Below the pieces are notes generated by a model. The model made no database searches. It saw only the letters and a list, made by a program, of their open reading frames with translations, and was not told the DNA's origin. A program made the translations under genes and the position numbers. Positions 9,014 to 19,331 of a DNA stretch of 64,000 bases are shown one piece after another. The stretch comes from an uncultured Solirubrobacterales bacterium (GTDB lineage: Bacteria; Actinomycetota; Thermoleophilia; Solirubrobacterales; 70-9), in the NCBI GenBank assembly GCA_963700105.1, contig CAVOWL010000004.1, positions 204,050 to 268,049 on the forward strand. Reading direction: 5' to 3'. Position 1 is the first letter of the stretch. The number at the start of each line of letters is the position of its first letter.

Positions 9014-10450
9014 TCATGGTTCAAGCCGTTCTTTGATCAGCCGGTTGACGGCGCCCCCGTCGGCACGCCCCTTCGTCTCTTTCATCACGGCACCAACGAT
9101 TGCCCCGATCGCCCGCGCATTGCCGCTTTGAATCTGCTCAACCGCGGCCGGATTGGCCGCCAACGCGGCCTCCACGGCAGCCTCCAGCTGATCGCCATCT
9201 GAGATCTGGGCCAGTCCCTCACGGCTGACGATGGCTTCCGGGTCCCCCCCCTCCGCGACCATGATTGCGACGACGTCCTTGGCGCTGCCGTGAGAGATTC
9301 TCTTCTCGGCGACCATCTCGATCAGAGCCGCCAGAGCCTCGGGCGCGACCCTCGATTCAGCTACACCACCCCCATCTCCGTCCTGGCGCAGGGCCGCAGC
9401 CAGCTCGCCACTCACCCAATTGGCAACCACCCTCGGCTCGATCGCGCCCGCCGCCGCCGCCTTCTCAAAGTAATCGGCGGTGGGAGGATCGGCGGCGAGC
9501 AGGGCCGCTACCTCAGCGGAGAGCCCCAGTTGCTCTCGGTAGCGCTCGATACGAGCAACCGGCAACTCGGGCAAGGATTCGCGGGCCTCGCGAAGCATTG
9601 CGGCGGTGGGGACAATCGGGACCAGGTCGGGCTCGGGAAAGTAGCGGTAGTCATGCGCCTCCTCCTTGGATCGAAGCGAAGTGAGGGAGCCAGTTTGGGG
9701 GTCGAAGTGCAGGGTCTCCTGAACCACGTCTCCCCCGGACTCAAGCCGCTCGCGCTGGCGTTGCAGCTCGGCCTCGATCCCGCGCTGTAGGAAGCGAAAG
9801 CTGTTCATGTTCTTGAGCTCGGTCTTGGTCCCGAGCTCATCGCTACCGAGCGGGCGCAAGGAAACGTTTGCGTCGCAGCGCAGGCTGCCCTCCTCCATGT
9901 TGACGTCGGAGACGCCAAGCTGGCGGATCGTCGTGCGCAGCAGCCGCGCCCACTCGGCAGCCTCGCGGCCACTATGCAGGTCGGGCTCGGTGACGATCTC
10001 GACCAACGGCGTGCCGCCGCGGTTGAAGTCGACCAGCGAGGCTCCCGAGCCATGGATGCGGCCCGATTGGCCGACGTGGATCATCTTGGCTGCATCCTCC
10101 TCGAGGTGGGCGCGGTGGATGCGGACATCGCCGAGTTGGCCTGCACCGGCGAGCGGAACGTCGTACTGACTGATCTGGTAGGCCTTGGGGCTATCGGGAT
10201 AGAAGTAGTTCTTGCGGTGAAAGATCGAGCGTGGGGCGATCTCGCACTCCAGCGCGACGGCGATCTGCAGCGCATAGCGAATTGCCTCTTCGTTTGGTAC
10301 CGGCAAAACACCGGGGTGGGCGAGGCAGATCGGGCAGGTGTGGACGTTGGGCTGATCGCCGAAGGAGAGCGCGCAGGCGCAAAACATCTTGGTTTGGGTC
10401 GAGAGCTGGACGTGAATCTCGAGCCCGATCACCGCCTCAAGCTCAGCCAT
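9014..10450 (-). CDS. gatB: Asp/Glu-tRNA amidotransferase subunit B
   Basis: Trimmed to the ATG at 10450 ([18 protein letters not shown]). Motifs CDANVSLRP and TELKNMNSF. 8-nt overlap with the gatA stop. Confidence 0.93.
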   Translation of the reverse strand: MAELEAVIGLEIHVQLSTQTKMFCACALSFGDQPNVHTCPICLAHPGVLPVPNEEAIRYALQIAVALECEIAPRSIFHRKNYFYPDSPKAYQISQYDVPLAGAGQLGDVRIHRAHLEEDAAKMIHVGQSGRIHGSGASLVDFNRGGTPLVEIVTEPDLHSGREAAEWARLLRTTIRQLGVSDVNMEEGSLRCDANVSLRPLGSDELGTKTELKNMNSFRFLQRGIEAELQRQRERLESGGDVVQETLHFDPQTGSLTSLRSKEEAHDYRYFPEPDLVPIVPTAAMLREARESLPELPVARIERYREQLGLSAEVAALLAADPPTADYFEKAAAAGAIEPRVVANWVSGELAAALRQDGDGGGVAESRVAPEALAALIEMVAEKRISHGSAKDVVAIMVAEGGDPEAIVSREGLAQISDGDQLEAAVEAALAANPAAVEQIQSGNARAIGAIVGAVMKETKGRADGGAVNRLIKERLEP

Positions 10451-11885
10451 CGGCGCTACCCCCGGGTCGAGCCCGGAAATCGATCTCCCGCTCGAGCGCG
10501 AAGGCCGCCTCGAGCAGTCGCTGCTCGGCAAATGCCGGGGCGGCGATCTGGAAGCCGACCGGAAGCTGTGGACCGCCGCCGGGCGGTTCTGCCAGCCCGA
10601 CGGGGATCGAGATCGCCGGGATCCCGGCCAGGCTGATCGGAACTGTGAAGTAATCATTGAGGTACATCGCGAGTGGATCCCCGGCCTTCTCGCCGAGCCC
10701 AAAGGCCACCGAGGGAGAGGTCGGGGTGATGACGAAGTCAAACTCGGTGAATGCCGCCTTGAAATCCGCGGCGATTCGGGTGCGAACCCTCTGCGCCCGG
10801 CCGTAATAGGCCTCGTAGTAGCCCGAGGAGAGCACGTAGGTGCCGAGCATGATTCGCCGCTTTACCTCGGCTCCGAAACCCTGCGCGCGAGTCGTCTCAT
10901 ACATCTCGACCAGATCCCCGTCGCTCTTTGATCGCAGCCCATAGCGAACCCCGTCATAGCGGGCCAGGTTCGAGGAGGCCTCGGCGGGGGCGATCACGTA
11001 GTAGGCCGAGATTCCATGCTCTGCGTGGGGCAGTGATGCCTCGGCGATCTCCCCGCCAAGCCGCTCGATCCGCTCAAGCGTCGCCTCAAACACCGACAGC
11101 ACCCCCGGCTCGACGCCGTTGCTCACGGTCAACCCGCTTGGTACTCCGAAACGCAAGCCCTCAAGGTCTTCTCGGCTCGGCGCCTCGATCCCGCCGGCGA
11201 TCCCAACCGAGGTCGAATCGCATCGGTCACCGCCCTGCAGCACCGCCAGCAAAAGGGCGGCATCGGTGACGTCGCGGGTGAGCGGGCCGCACTGATCCAG
11301 CGAAGAGGCAAAGGCGATCATCCCGTAGCGCGAGACCGCCCCGTAGGTCGGCTTGAGGCCTACGATCCCGCAGAGCGCCGCCGGTTGGCGAATCGAGCCG
11401 CCGGTGTCGGTTCCGATCGCACACGGCGCCAGGCCGGCTGCCACGGCCGCCGCCGAGCCCCCCGAAGAGCCACCTGGGACCCGCTCCAGATCCCAAGGAT
11501 TGAGCACCGCTCCGAAGGCGGAATTCTCATTCGAGGAACCCATCGCAAACTCGTCCATGTTGGTCTTTCCCAAGAGCGTCGCCCCAGCCTGCCCTAGGCG
11601 TCTCACCGCAGTGGAGCTGTAGGGCGGCCGGTAGCCCTCGAGGATTCGCGAGGCCGCCGTGGACGGCACTCCCTCGGTGCAGAAGATGTCCTTGACCGCG
11701 ATCGGGATCCCCCCAAGCGCCCCCTCCCCTCCCGCCGTTTCCTCCTCGGCCAGCCAGAGAAAAGCGTTGAGCGGATCCGCCGCGGCGGCCTCCCTCCATG
11801 CGGCGAAGTACTCGGCGGCAGGGATCTGCCCCGCGGCTATTTGCTGCGCCGCCGCGGCGACGCCCAAATCCAAGAGCTCCGCCAT
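10443..11885 (-). CDS. gatA: Asp/Glu-tRNA amidotransferase subunit A
   Basis: 480-aa ORF with the amidase signature [14 protein letters not shown] and [13 protein letters not shown]. Confidence 0.95.
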   Translation of the reverse strand: MAELLDLGVAAAAQQIAAGQIPAAEYFAAWREAAAADPLNAFLWLAEEETAGGEGALGGIPIAVKDIFCTEGVPSTAASRILEGYRPPYSSTAVRRLGQAGATLLGKTNMDEFAMGSSNENSAFGAVLNPWDLERVPGGSSGGSAAAVAAGLAPCAIGTDTGGSIRQPAALCGIVGLKPTYGAVSRYGMIAFASSLDQCGPLTRDVTDAALLLAVLQGGDRCDSTSVGIAGGIEAPSREDLEGLRFGVPSGLTVSNGVEPGVLSVFEATLERIERLGGEIAEASLPHAEHGISAYYVIAPAEASSNLARYDGVRYGLRSKSDGDLVEMYETTRAQGFGAEVKRRIMLGTYVLSSGYYEAYYGRAQRVRTRIAADFKAAFTEFDFVITPTSPSVAFGLGEKAGDPLAMYLNDYFTVPISLAGIPAISIPVGLAEPPGGGPQLPVGFQIAAPAFAEQRLLEAAFALEREIDFRARPGGSADG

Positions 11886-12175
11886 CAGCCCTCCGCCTGC
11901 GGTGAGGGCACCCGAAACGCGCCATCGACCGGATCGGGTGCGGCCTCAAGGATCTGCTCTCTCGGCCAGCTTGGTCGAGGTTGATCCGGGCGCAAAACAT
12001 TCTCCAGCTCAAGCACGTGGGAGGTTGGCTCGACGCCGTCGAGGTCCAACTCGGCGATCCGGTCAACGTGTTCGAGGATCCCCGAGAGCTCGATCCCGAA
12101 CGCAGCCACCTCCTGCTCAGAGAGGCGCAAGCGGGCCAGCCGGGAAACGTGCAGCACCTGCTCTCGGTCGATCAT
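11885..12175 (-). CDS. gatC: Asp/Glu-tRNA amidotransferase subunit C
   Basis: 96-aa ORF ([26 protein letters not shown]). 1-nt overlap with the gatA start. Confidence 0.85.
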   Translation of the reverse strand: MIDREQVLHVSRLARLRLSEQEVAAFGIELSGILEHVDRIAELDLDGVEPTSHVLELENVLRPDQPRPSWPREQILEAAPDPVDGAFRVPSPQAEG

Positions 12176-12301
12176 GCCGCGGATTCTAGGTGGCGGTCAA
12201 AGCCGCTTGCGCCTCGATCTCAGCGCCGCCGCGCCGCCACCAGGTTGATCGGGGCCAACCGCGGTGCGCCTGGCTGTTCGGCCAGCTAAAGTGCCGCGCG
12301 C

Positions 12302-12745
12302 ATGCGGGGATCCACGGCAGAGAGCTTTGTCGTCCTCAGCTTGAGACTCCTGGCCGTCAGCTTTGCGGTGGTTGGTCTGCTCTTCATCGCCGCCCCGAAT
12401 GGAGTCCTCAACACAATCTCTGATTTGGGCGAAGACCTCGGCGGTTTCGTTCGGGCTCCCCACGGCAGCGAGCAACTTTGGCTCGGCCTCGCCTTCTCCT
12501 ACATGGTGGTGATCACCGGCATCTGCGTGATCGCCCAGACCGACGTGGTTCGCTACCGGGCGCTGCTGCTCTTGCTCGCCGCGGCCAAGGTCGCATCCTC
12601 GCTCTCAGCGCTGGGCTTCTATCTCTTCGACCAGCACGTCTTCATCTATCTCCTAAACTTTTTGGTCGACGGCTCGCTGGTCTTGATCGCGCTCTGGCTT
12701 TGGTCGCTGAGCGCTCGGGTCAAGCGCCCTGTAGACCCCGGCTGA
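12302..12745 (+). CDS. hypothetical four-helix membrane protein
   Basis: 147-aa ORF with an ATG start and four hydrophobic segments. Its TGA stop is in the same frame as the downstream GMC oxidoreductase. Confidence 0.55.
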   Translation: MRGSTAESFVVLSLRLLAVSFAVVGLLFIAAPNGVLNTISDLGEDLGGFVRAPHGSEQLWLGLAFSYMVVITGICVIAQTDVVRYRALLLLLAAAKVASSLSALGFYLFDQHVFIYLLNFLVDGSLVLIALWLWSLSARVKRPVDPG

Positions 12746-12805
12746 AGGCGCGCGCCAGGGCTCTCCGCCGCTGAGCAGCGCATCCTCAGCGCGATCTGTG
12801 AAGCG

Positions 12806-14647
12806 ATGGCTCCCGGAGTCGAAGGGCTGCCCGCCGCCGAGCGCGATGTGGACGTCTCCGGCCCGGTTGCCGAGCTCCTCACCGTGGCCTCAAGCCGAAC
12901 CCTGACCCGCATCCGACTCGGCCTTCACCTGATCGACTGGCTACCGTTTCCCTGGCGCTTTAGCCGCCTTGATAGCGGCGCACGTGAGGACTTCCTGCGG
13001 CGCTTGGAGCGCTCCCGGGTTGGGTTTCGCCATGAGCTATTGCTGCTCGCCAAGGTCCTCTCGACCCTCGGCTACGCGGTGGTGCCTGAGGTTGAGAATC
13101 GGGTCGGCTCACGCCGCCGCTGTGCCCTGCTCGATGGCACTGATCCGCCCCCGGCGGGGTCGCTCGGCGATACCGCCCCGTGTGGCGATGAGGAGTGCGA
13201 CGTCGTTGTGGTCGGCTCGGGCGCGGGTGGCGCGGTCGCAGCCGCCGAGCTCTCTGAGGCTGGTCTGGATGTGATCGTGATCGAGGCAGGGGAGCGCTTC
13301 GATCGCGACAGCTATCCCCATCAGCCCCTCGCTGCGATCGCCTCCCTCTATCGCGAGGGCGGGCTGACGATTGCCGAGGGCAGCCCCCCGATTCCGGTTC
13401 CGGTAGCCCAAGCCCTGGGCGGCACCACCGTGATCAACTCGGGAACCTGCTTTCGGGCCCCCGAGGCGGTTCTGGAGCAATGGCGAACGCTGCACGGGGT
13501 CAGCTGGGCGGGGGAGCTTGACCCCGATTACGCCGAGGCCGAGGAGTTCCTCAAGGTGAGCCGGTTGGATCCCGAGCGAATCGGCCGAAATGGCCAGCTC
13601 ACGATGGAGGGGGCGCTGGCAATTGGCGCTTCGGGCGGACCGATCTCCCGTAACGCCGGCAACTGCGTGCAGTGCAGCAGCTGTCCATTTGGTTGCGCGA
13701 TCGACGCCAAGCGAGGAATGCACGTCAGCTACCTGCCTCGCGCCGTCGCCGCGGGGGCGCGAATCCGCACCGCAGTTGAGGCCCAAAGAATCCTGCTCGA
13801 GGACGGGCGTGCCCGCGGTGTGCGCTGCATCGACCTTCGACCTCTCGGCGAGGCCCGAGCCACCCTGGCCATCCACGCCCGACGCGCGACGATCGTCGCC
13901 GGCGGGGCACTGGGAACTCCCGAGCTACTGCTGCGATCGGGACTCGGTGGGCCTAGCGCGGGGCGCAACCTCCACATTCATCCCGCCTGTTGGGTCGGCG
14001 CTCGCTATGAGGAGGAAGTGCGGGGCTGGGATGGCGTCATGCAGAGCTTCTACGTTGATCAGTGGGCAAGCGAGGGGATCCTGCTCGAGGCCACGTTTAC
14101 TCCGCTTTCTTTCGGCGGTGGTTGGCTCCCGGGCACTGGCAGCGAGCATCAGCGGGCGATCCTCGACTTCGGTCATATCGGCTCGATCGGCGTCCACCTC
14201 TCAGACCGCTCCTCGGGTCGGGTCGGCCTGACTCGAAGCGGCCAGCTCAGGACCACCTACGGGCTGAGCGATGATGATGCGCGGCGGCTCATCTTTGGCA
14301 TCTCCCGCGCTGCCGAGATTCACTTTGCGGCAGGCGCGGGCGTCGTCTATCCCAATATCGCCCGGGTCCCCGCCCTCCGACCCCAGCAGTTAGCTGAATT
14401 TGAAACGACTCGCTTCAAACCATCCGAGCTCCGCCTTGAGGCCTTTCATCCGATGGGCACAGCTCGGATCTCCGCCGGGCGGGAGGTCGGCGTCTGCGAC
14501 GCCAGCGGCGCTGTTCACGGAACCACTGGCCTGCACGTCGCCGACGCCTCGCTGTTTCCAAGCTCGGTCGGCGTCAACCCGATGATGACGGTGATCGCAT
14601 TTGCCAAGAACGTCGCCCGCCAGATCGCCGCGAACGGGGCCGGCTAG
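12806..14647 (+). CDS. GMC-family FAD oxidoreductase (alcohol-oxidase-like, with N-terminal extension)
   Basis: 613-aa ORF. FAD fold VVVVGSGAGGAVAAAEL. C-terminal GMC blocks HPMGTARI and LHVADASLFPSSVGVNPMMT. The start is uncertain, because conserved-looking sequence continues upstream to the TGA at 12743. Confidence 0.8.
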   Translation: MAPGVEGLPAAERDVDVSGPVAELLTVASSRTLTRIRLGLHLIDWLPFPWRFSRLDSGAREDFLRRLERSRVGFRHELLLLAKVLSTLGYAVVPEVENRVGSRRRCALLDGTDPPPAGSLGDTAPCGDEECDVVVVGSGAGGAVAAAELSEAGLDVIVIEAGERFDRDSYPHQPLAAIASLYREGGLTIAEGSPPIPVPVAQALGGTTVINSGTCFRAPEAVLEQWRTLHGVSWAGELDPDYAEAEEFLKVSRLDPERIGRNGQLTMEGALAIGASGGPISRNAGNCVQCSSCPFGCAIDAKRGMHVSYLPRAVAAGARIRTAVEAQRILLEDGRARGVRCIDLRPLGEARATLAIHARRATIVAGGALGTPELLLRSGLGGPSAGRNLHIHPACWVGARYEEEVRGWDGVMQSFYVDQWASEGILLEATFTPLSFGGGWLPGTGSEHQRAILDFGHIGSIGVHLSDRSSGRVGLTRSGQLRTTYGLSDDDARRLIFGISRAAEIHFAAGAGVVYPNIARVPALRPQQLAEFETTRFKPSELRLEAFHPMGTARISAGREVGVCDASGAVHGTTGLHVADASLFPSSVGVNPMMTVIAFAKNVARQIAANGAG

Positions 14648-14661
14648 CGAGCGAGGAGGAA

Positions 14662-14690
14662 AACCCCCGGAGCGGGCTGCCCCGGGGGTT
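14662..14690. terminator. hairpin between convergent genes (AACCCCCGG, 11-nt loop, CCGGGGGTT)
   Basis: 9-bp GC-rich stem. On the minus strand it is followed by TTTTCC, so it looks like an intrinsic terminator for the 14711-15346 gene. It also lies just after the GMC stop. Confidence 0.65.
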
Positions 14691-14710
14691 GCTGAAAACC
14701 GGCTGAGCAG

Positions 14711-15346
14711 CTAAACGCCGGTGCCGGGTGGAGGTGGAGGAGGAGGAGGAGGAGGAGGCGGTGGTGGAGGCGGTGATGCCGAGGGAGGTGGCGGTGGTGG
14801 TGGCGAGGCGGCTGGCGGCGGTGGCGGAGCCGTGCCGGTAGGCTGAGCGGTCCCCGAGCCACCGGTGAACCGATCGGCGGTGTCGCCAAAGGAGGCGCCT
14901 TCCTCTTTCATCGCGAGGTAGCCGCCATAGGCAATCCCGGCGGCTGCGATCAGACCGAGAAATATCCCGAATTCGACCGTTCCGTCCACCGATACGCCGC
15001 CAAAGCTGCCGAAACTCGGCGGATCGATGATGCGGAACAGGATCAGGAGCGCCGAGAGACCGCCGAGAACGGTCACGATGGCATTCATCGAGACCGGCGG
15101 CTCATAGGCCGAATCGGTCAGGCGTAGCGCCGCGACTGCAAGCGCGGCGAGGATCGTGATGACCAGGATCACCGGGATGAATTCGAGGGCATCCCAGGCA
15201 CTGCCGCCTGCCCCGGGCACACTGCCGGAGAAGCCGCCAACACCAGAGACTTCGACTCCGAACCAGGTGAAGAACATGAATATGAAGAGCAGGACTGCCG
15301 AGATCGCAGCAACTTTCTCTCCTGTATTCAGCTTGTCAACTTCCAT
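14711..15346 (-). CDS. membrane protein with polyproline C-terminal tail
   Basis: 211-aa ORF. GGAGGG lies 8 nt before the ATG. It has four or five hydrophobic helices. The tail is PPPPPAASPPPPPPPSAS followed by 16 consecutive Pro. Confidence 0.7.
   Translation of the reverse strand: MEVDKLNTGEKVAAISAVLLFIFMFFTWFGVEVSGVGGFSGSVPGAGGSAWDALEFIPVILVITILAALAVAALRLTDSAYEPPVSMNAIVTVLGGLSALLILFRIIDPPSFGSFGGVSVDGTVEFGIFLGLIAAAGIAYGGYLAMKEEGASFGDTADRFTGGSGTAQPTGTAPPPPPAASPPPPPPPSASPPPPPPPPPPPPPPPPGTGV
14726..14830 (-). repeat. GGN/CCN low-complexity tract encoding the polyproline tail
   Basis: Runs of ggagga/ggtgg on the plus strand. This is coding low complexity, not an array. Confidence 0.8.
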
Positions 15347-15430
15347 TTACATATCCCTCCGTGTGACTAGGGGTCAGAGCGACCCTACACCCGCCGCAAG
15401 GCGGAAATGTGAACCAGGTGGCCGCCCGTT

Positions 15431-16291
15431 CTACGGCGAGGCTAGCGAGCGGCTGCGGGCCGCGCTCAAGGTGTTAACCAAGAGCATGGCGATGGTCATT
15501 GGCCCAACGCCCCCCGGAACCGGGGTGACCGCCGCCGCCACCGCGGAGGCCGCCGCGAAGTCAACGTCCCCGCAGAGTCCATGCTCGGTGCGGTTCATGC
15601 CGACGTCTATGACCACCGCACCCGGCTTGATAGCGTCGACGCCAAGCAGCCCGGCAACGCCTGCGGCGGCGACCAAGACGTCGGCGCGCCGGGCGCTGGC
15701 TGCCAGCTCGCGGCTGCGCGAATGGCAAACCGTCACGGTCGCATTGGCCGCCAACAGCAGGCGGGCGAGCGGCACGCCGACCAATTTGGAGCGACCAACG
15801 ACCACCGCCTCAACCCCCTCCAAGTCCACATTCTGGTGGCGCAACAGCTCCATCACCCCCGCCGGAGTGCAGGGCACAAGGGCCGGTGTTCCGTGCGCAA
15901 GGAGGCCGGCGTTAAGGGGGGTGAGCCCGTCCACGTCCTTGCCCGGATCGATAGAAGCCACCACCGCGTCGGGGTCGATCTGCTCGGGGAGCGGCAGCTG
16001 GACGAGAATTCCGTCGACGTCCGGGCGCAGGCCGAGCTCACCGACAAGCTCCAGGAGCTCGTTCTGCCTAGTCGAGGCCACCAGATCGTGGTGCACGGAC
16101 CCAATCCCCACCTCCTCGCAGGCGCGGTGCTTGTTTCGAACGTAAAGCTGTGATGCCGGGTCTTCGCCGACGATCACGGTGGCCAGCGCCGGGGCGCGGC
16201 CAGCTTCGACCCTGAATGCAGCGACCTCGGCGCTAACCCGGGCGCGAACTCCAGCCGCCACAGCCTTGCCGTCGATGATTTGCGCCGGCAA
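15431..16291 (-). CDS. folD: bifunctional methylene-THF dehydrogenase/methenyl-THF cyclohydrolase
   Basis: 286-aa ORF with a TTG start (MPAQIIDGKAVAA). Motifs YVRNKHRACEEVGI, VGRSKLVGVPLA and PVPGGVGPMTIAML. Confidence 0.93.
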   Translation of the reverse strand: MPAQIIDGKAVAAGVRARVSAEVAAFRVEAGRAPALATVIVGEDPASQLYVRNKHRACEEVGIGSVHHDLVASTRQNELLELVGELGLRPDVDGILVQLPLPEQIDPDAVVASIDPGKDVDGLTPLNAGLLAHGTPALVPCTPAGVMELLRHQNVDLEGVEAVVVGRSKLVGVPLARLLLAANATVTVCHSRSRELAASARRADVLVAAAGVAGLLGVDAIKPGAVVIDVGMNRTEHGLCGDVDFAAASAVAAAVTPVPGGVGPMTIAMLLVNTLSAARSRSLASP

Positions 16292-16295
16292 GGTG

Positions 16296-18548
16296 CTAGC
16301 GCCTTCGGATCGGCGCGTAGTCGGCCATCAGCTTTCGCTCTGAACCATCGCTTGAAAAGCGAACGACGAGGACTCCACCCGGCTCGATCGCGGTGACGAC
16401 GCCATCGCCAAAGCTGGCGTGGATGACATCGTCTCCAGTTCCCAGTTCGAGTACCGGGCCGGGGTCGATCAGGTCTGCCGCGCTGTTCCCGCCGCCTGCC
16501 TCCCAACCGCCGCTCGAGCCGCTTAAAGAGCGCTCGGTCAACTCCACCGGGAGCTCGTCTATAAAACGCGAGGGAAGGTTGCGCTCAGAACGACCGAACA
16601 GGCGTCGCTCGCGGGTCCAGGTCATGTAGAGGCGCTGGCGTGCCCGCGTGATTCCGACGTAGCAGAGCCGCCGCTCCTCCTCCTCCCCGCCCTCTTCAAG
16701 GGCGCGCATATGGGGAAAGGATCCGTCCTCGCACCCGAGGATAAAGACGGTGTCGTACTCGAGACCCTTCGCGTTGTGCAGGGTCATCAGGGTTACCAGC
16801 TCCTCCTCCTCGCGCAGGCCGTCCTGCTCGGTATAGAGGGATATCTGCTGGAGGAACTCCTCCAATGCGGAATTATCCCCCTCGCCCTCCTGGGCTCGAT
16901 TGAGGTCAAACTCGGCGGCGACCCCGACCAGCTCCTCGAGGTTCTCGGCCCGGCCCTCCGCCTCGACCGTCCGCTCGGCGGCAAGGGCCTCCAGGTAGCC
17001 GCTCTCCCTGAGGACAGCCCCCAGCAGCTCGGCCACCGCGGCGGCATCGGCTCGGGCCCGCAGCGCCTCCAACATCTGATGGAAGCGCGAGACAGATCTG
17101 ATCGCTGCGGCGCTCAGGCCAGGCACGTCCTCGACCCGGCCAGCGACCTCCCAAATCGGCAGCCCGGTGGTGTTCGCATAGGCCGCAATCCGCCCCTGGC
17201 TTGTGTTCCCGATCCCCCTGCGCGGTGAATTGATGACTCGGGAAAAGGAAACCTGATCAGATGGATTGAGCAAGAGGCTGAGATAGGCAATTGCATCCTT
17301 GATCTCGGCCCGTTCGTAGAACTTCGTGCCACCGATCACCTGGTAGGGCACCTCAAAGCGAACCAGGGTGTCCTCCAGCACCCTGCTCATCGCGTTGGTT
17401 CGATAAAAAATCGCGACCTCCGAACGCCGAACCCCCTCCTCCTCGCTGAGCCTCTCGATCTCCCCACCGATCCAGCGAGCCTCCTCGTGCTCATCGCCGA
17501 GCTCGGCAAGGCGCACCGGCTCGCCCCCGACAACCTCGGTCCAAAGCAGCTTCGGCCGGCGCTGGCGGTTGCGCTCGACAACCGCGTTCGCGGCCGAGAG
17601 GATCGTCTGCGTGGAGCGATAGTTCTGCTCCAGCTTGACCACCTGAGCCTCCGGGAAGTCCTGCTCGAAATCGAGGATGTTGCGAATATCGGCATGACGG
17701 AAGCCATAAATCGATTGGTCCTCATCACCGACGACCATCAGGTTTCCGTGGTCGGCCGAGAGTAGCTGCAGCAGCCTGTACTGGGCGTGGTTGGTGTCCT
17801 GATACTCATCGACAAGGACATAGCGAAATGTCCGCCGCCAGCGCTCGCGCACCTGCTGGTGGAGCTCCATCACGTTGACGGTGCGGACAAGAAGGTCGTC
17901 GAAATCCATCGCATTTGCCTCGAGCATTCGCCTTTCATAAAGCCCGTAGACCTCGGCCGCGGCTTCCTCAAAGACGCTCCCCTGGGTCTGGGCGTAGGCC
18001 GCCGCATCGAGCAACTGATTCTTTGCCCCTGAGATCTGGGAGCGAATTGCACGCGGTGGGTAGCGCTTGGGATCAATCCCAAGCTCGGCCATGCAGCGTT
18101 TCAGCATCCGCAGGGAGTCAGGCTCATCATAGATCGTGAAACCGCGTGAGTAGCCGAGCTTCTCAGCATCCGCCCGCAGCATTCGCGCGCAAGCCGAGTG
18201 AAAGGTGGTTACCCACATTGCGCGAGCCGAACGCCCAACCAGGATCTCGACCCGCTCGCGCATCTCGGCCGCGGCCTTGTTGGTGAAGGTAATCGCCAAG
18301 ATCTCACCTGGCCTCGCCGCCCCGCTGGCCAGCAGGTAGGCGATGCGATGGGTCAATACGCGGGTCTTTCCCGACCCCGCACCCGCCAACACGAGCAACG
18401 GCCCCTCACCGTGGATCACCGCTTCGCGTTGGGGCGGGTTGAGCTCGGCGAGGAGGCGCTCGATTCGATCCGCCCCCGGCTCGGTTGGGGCGCCATCAGG
18501 GTCGATCTCAGCACCCATCTCTAGCTCTGAATCTGTCTGCAACCTCAC
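16296..18548 (-). CDS. pcrA: ATP-dependent DNA helicase PcrA/UvrD
   Basis: 750-aa ORF. Motifs LNPPQREAV, Walker A AGAGSGKT, LVDEYQDTN, TLHNAKGLEYD and VGITRAR. Confidence 0.93.
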   Translation of the reverse strand: MRLQTDSELEMGAEIDPDGAPTEPGADRIERLLAELNPPQREAVIHGEGPLLVLAGAGSGKTRVLTHRIAYLLASGAARPGEILAITFTNKAAAEMRERVEILVGRSARAMWVTTFHSACARMLRADAEKLGYSRGFTIYDEPDSLRMLKRCMAELGIDPKRYPPRAIRSQISGAKNQLLDAAAYAQTQGSVFEEAAAEVYGLYERRMLEANAMDFDDLLVRTVNVMELHQQVRERWRRTFRYVLVDEYQDTNHAQYRLLQLLSADHGNLMVVGDEDQSIYGFRHADIRNILDFEQDFPEAQVVKLEQNYRSTQTILSAANAVVERNRQRRPKLLWTEVVGGEPVRLAELGDEHEEARWIGGEIERLSEEEGVRRSEVAIFYRTNAMSRVLEDTLVRFEVPYQVIGGTKFYERAEIKDAIAYLSLLLNPSDQVSFSRVINSPRRGIGNTSQGRIAAYANTTGLPIWEVAGRVEDVPGLSAAAIRSVSRFHQMLEALRARADAAAVAELLGAVLRESGYLEALAAERTVEAEGRAENLEELVGVAAEFDLNRAQEGEGDNSALEEFLQQISLYTEQDGLREEEELVTLMTLHNAKGLEYDTVFILGCEDGSFPHMRALEEGGEEEERRLCYVGITRARQRLYMTWTRERRLFGRSERNLPSRFIDELPVELTERSLSGSSGGWEAGGGNSAADLIDPGPVLELGTGDDVIHASFGDGVVTAIEPGGVLVVRFSSDGSERKLMADYAPIRRR

Positions 18549-18596
18549 AGAGCGAGAATAAAGGGGGCCGCGGCCGGTCCGCGGGCGCTCAGGACA

Positions 18597-19331
18597 TCAG
18601 CCCCCGGCGGAGGACCGGCCGGTACGGGAAGGTGGCGTGCCCTCGCCCGCGCTCGGCAGCTCGTTGTCCCCGTCGAGGTGGGCGAGCCGACGCTCCAGAT
18701 CAGCAATTCGCTCCGAGAGCCCGCGGATTGCCTCCGCGATCGGGTTGGGGAGGTGGATCCAATCGGCGTCGGCGCCCTCGAGCGGCCTTCCCTCGACCCT
18801 GACGGCGTGGCCGGGATTTCCGACCACGGTCGCGCGGGCTGGAACGTCCTCGACCACAACGGTGTTGGCGCCAATCTTTGCTCCTTCGCCGACCGAGATC
18901 GGACCCAGCAGCTTGGCGCCCGATCCGACCGTAACGTTGTCGCCGAGGGTGGGGTGTCGCTTGCCTGGTTGAAAGCCCGTACCGCCCAGAGTGACCCCTT
19001 GATAGAGGGTCACCCGATCACCGATCACAGCGGTCTCACCGATCACAACTCCGGAGCCATGGTCGATAAAGAACTGGGCCCCAATCTCAGCGGCCGGGTG
19101 GATCTCAACGCCGGTGATCGCCCGCGCCAGATAGGCAAGCGCCCGCGGTGCCAGGGGAGCCCCGATCTCGCCCAGTGCGTGGGCAACCCGATGGGCGAGC
19201 AGGGCCTGCACCCCGGCCCAGCTTGCCAAAATCTCGAAGCTGGACACCCCCCGCGCCGCCGGGTCGCGCTCTCGCGCAGCGGCGACATCGGAGCGAATCT
19301 CGCCCAGAACTCGGGTCAAAGCGCTCGCCAT
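18597..19331 (-). CDS. cysE: serine O-acetyltransferase
   Basis: Trimmed to the ATG at 19331 ([15 protein letters not shown]), which forms an ATGA overlap with the cysK stop. It has hexapeptide-repeat LbH blocks (GVVIGETAVIGDRVTLYQGVTLGG). Confidence 0.9.
   Translation of the reverse strand: MASALTRVLGEIRSDVAAARERDPAARGVSSFEILASWAGVQALLAHRVAHALGEIGAPLAPRALAYLARAITGVEIHPAAEIGAQFFIDHGSGVVIGETAVIGDRVTLYQGVTLGGTGFQPGKRHPTLGDNVTVGSGAKLLGPISVGEGAKIGANTVVVEDVPARATVVGNPGHAVRVEGRPLEGADADWIHLPNPIAEAIRGLSERIADLERRLAHLDGDNELPSAGEGTPPSRTGRSSAGG

Noticed and set aside
9014-10741. Long N-terminal extensions of track ORFs for gatB (575 aa), and likewise for sqdB, cysE, argC, argG, pheS, pheT, trmH, rpmI and the Rrf2 gene
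   Set aside because: The extensions overlap the upstream genes, are compositionally Arg/Pro/Ser-rich, and precede canonical family N-termini with good start/stop coupling. They were trimmed rather than reported as novel fusions.
12743-12745. In-frame TGA as a selenocysteine codon
   Set aside because: The nearby hairpins are GGCGCGCGCC immediately after the TGA and GCTGAG...CTCAGC starting 27 nt downstream of the TGA. Neither has the spacing or apical loop expected of a bacterial SECIS element. A redox-active Sec is not expected in a linker between a membrane domain and a GMC N-terminus.
14726-14830. G-rich reiterated DNA (and the similar tract at 37170-37345) as a CRISPR array or non-coding tandem repeat
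   Set aside because: The units are 3-11 nt, irregular, and sit in frame inside ORFs encoding poly-Pro and Thr/Ser-rich tails. There is no repeat-spacer architecture and no cas genes.
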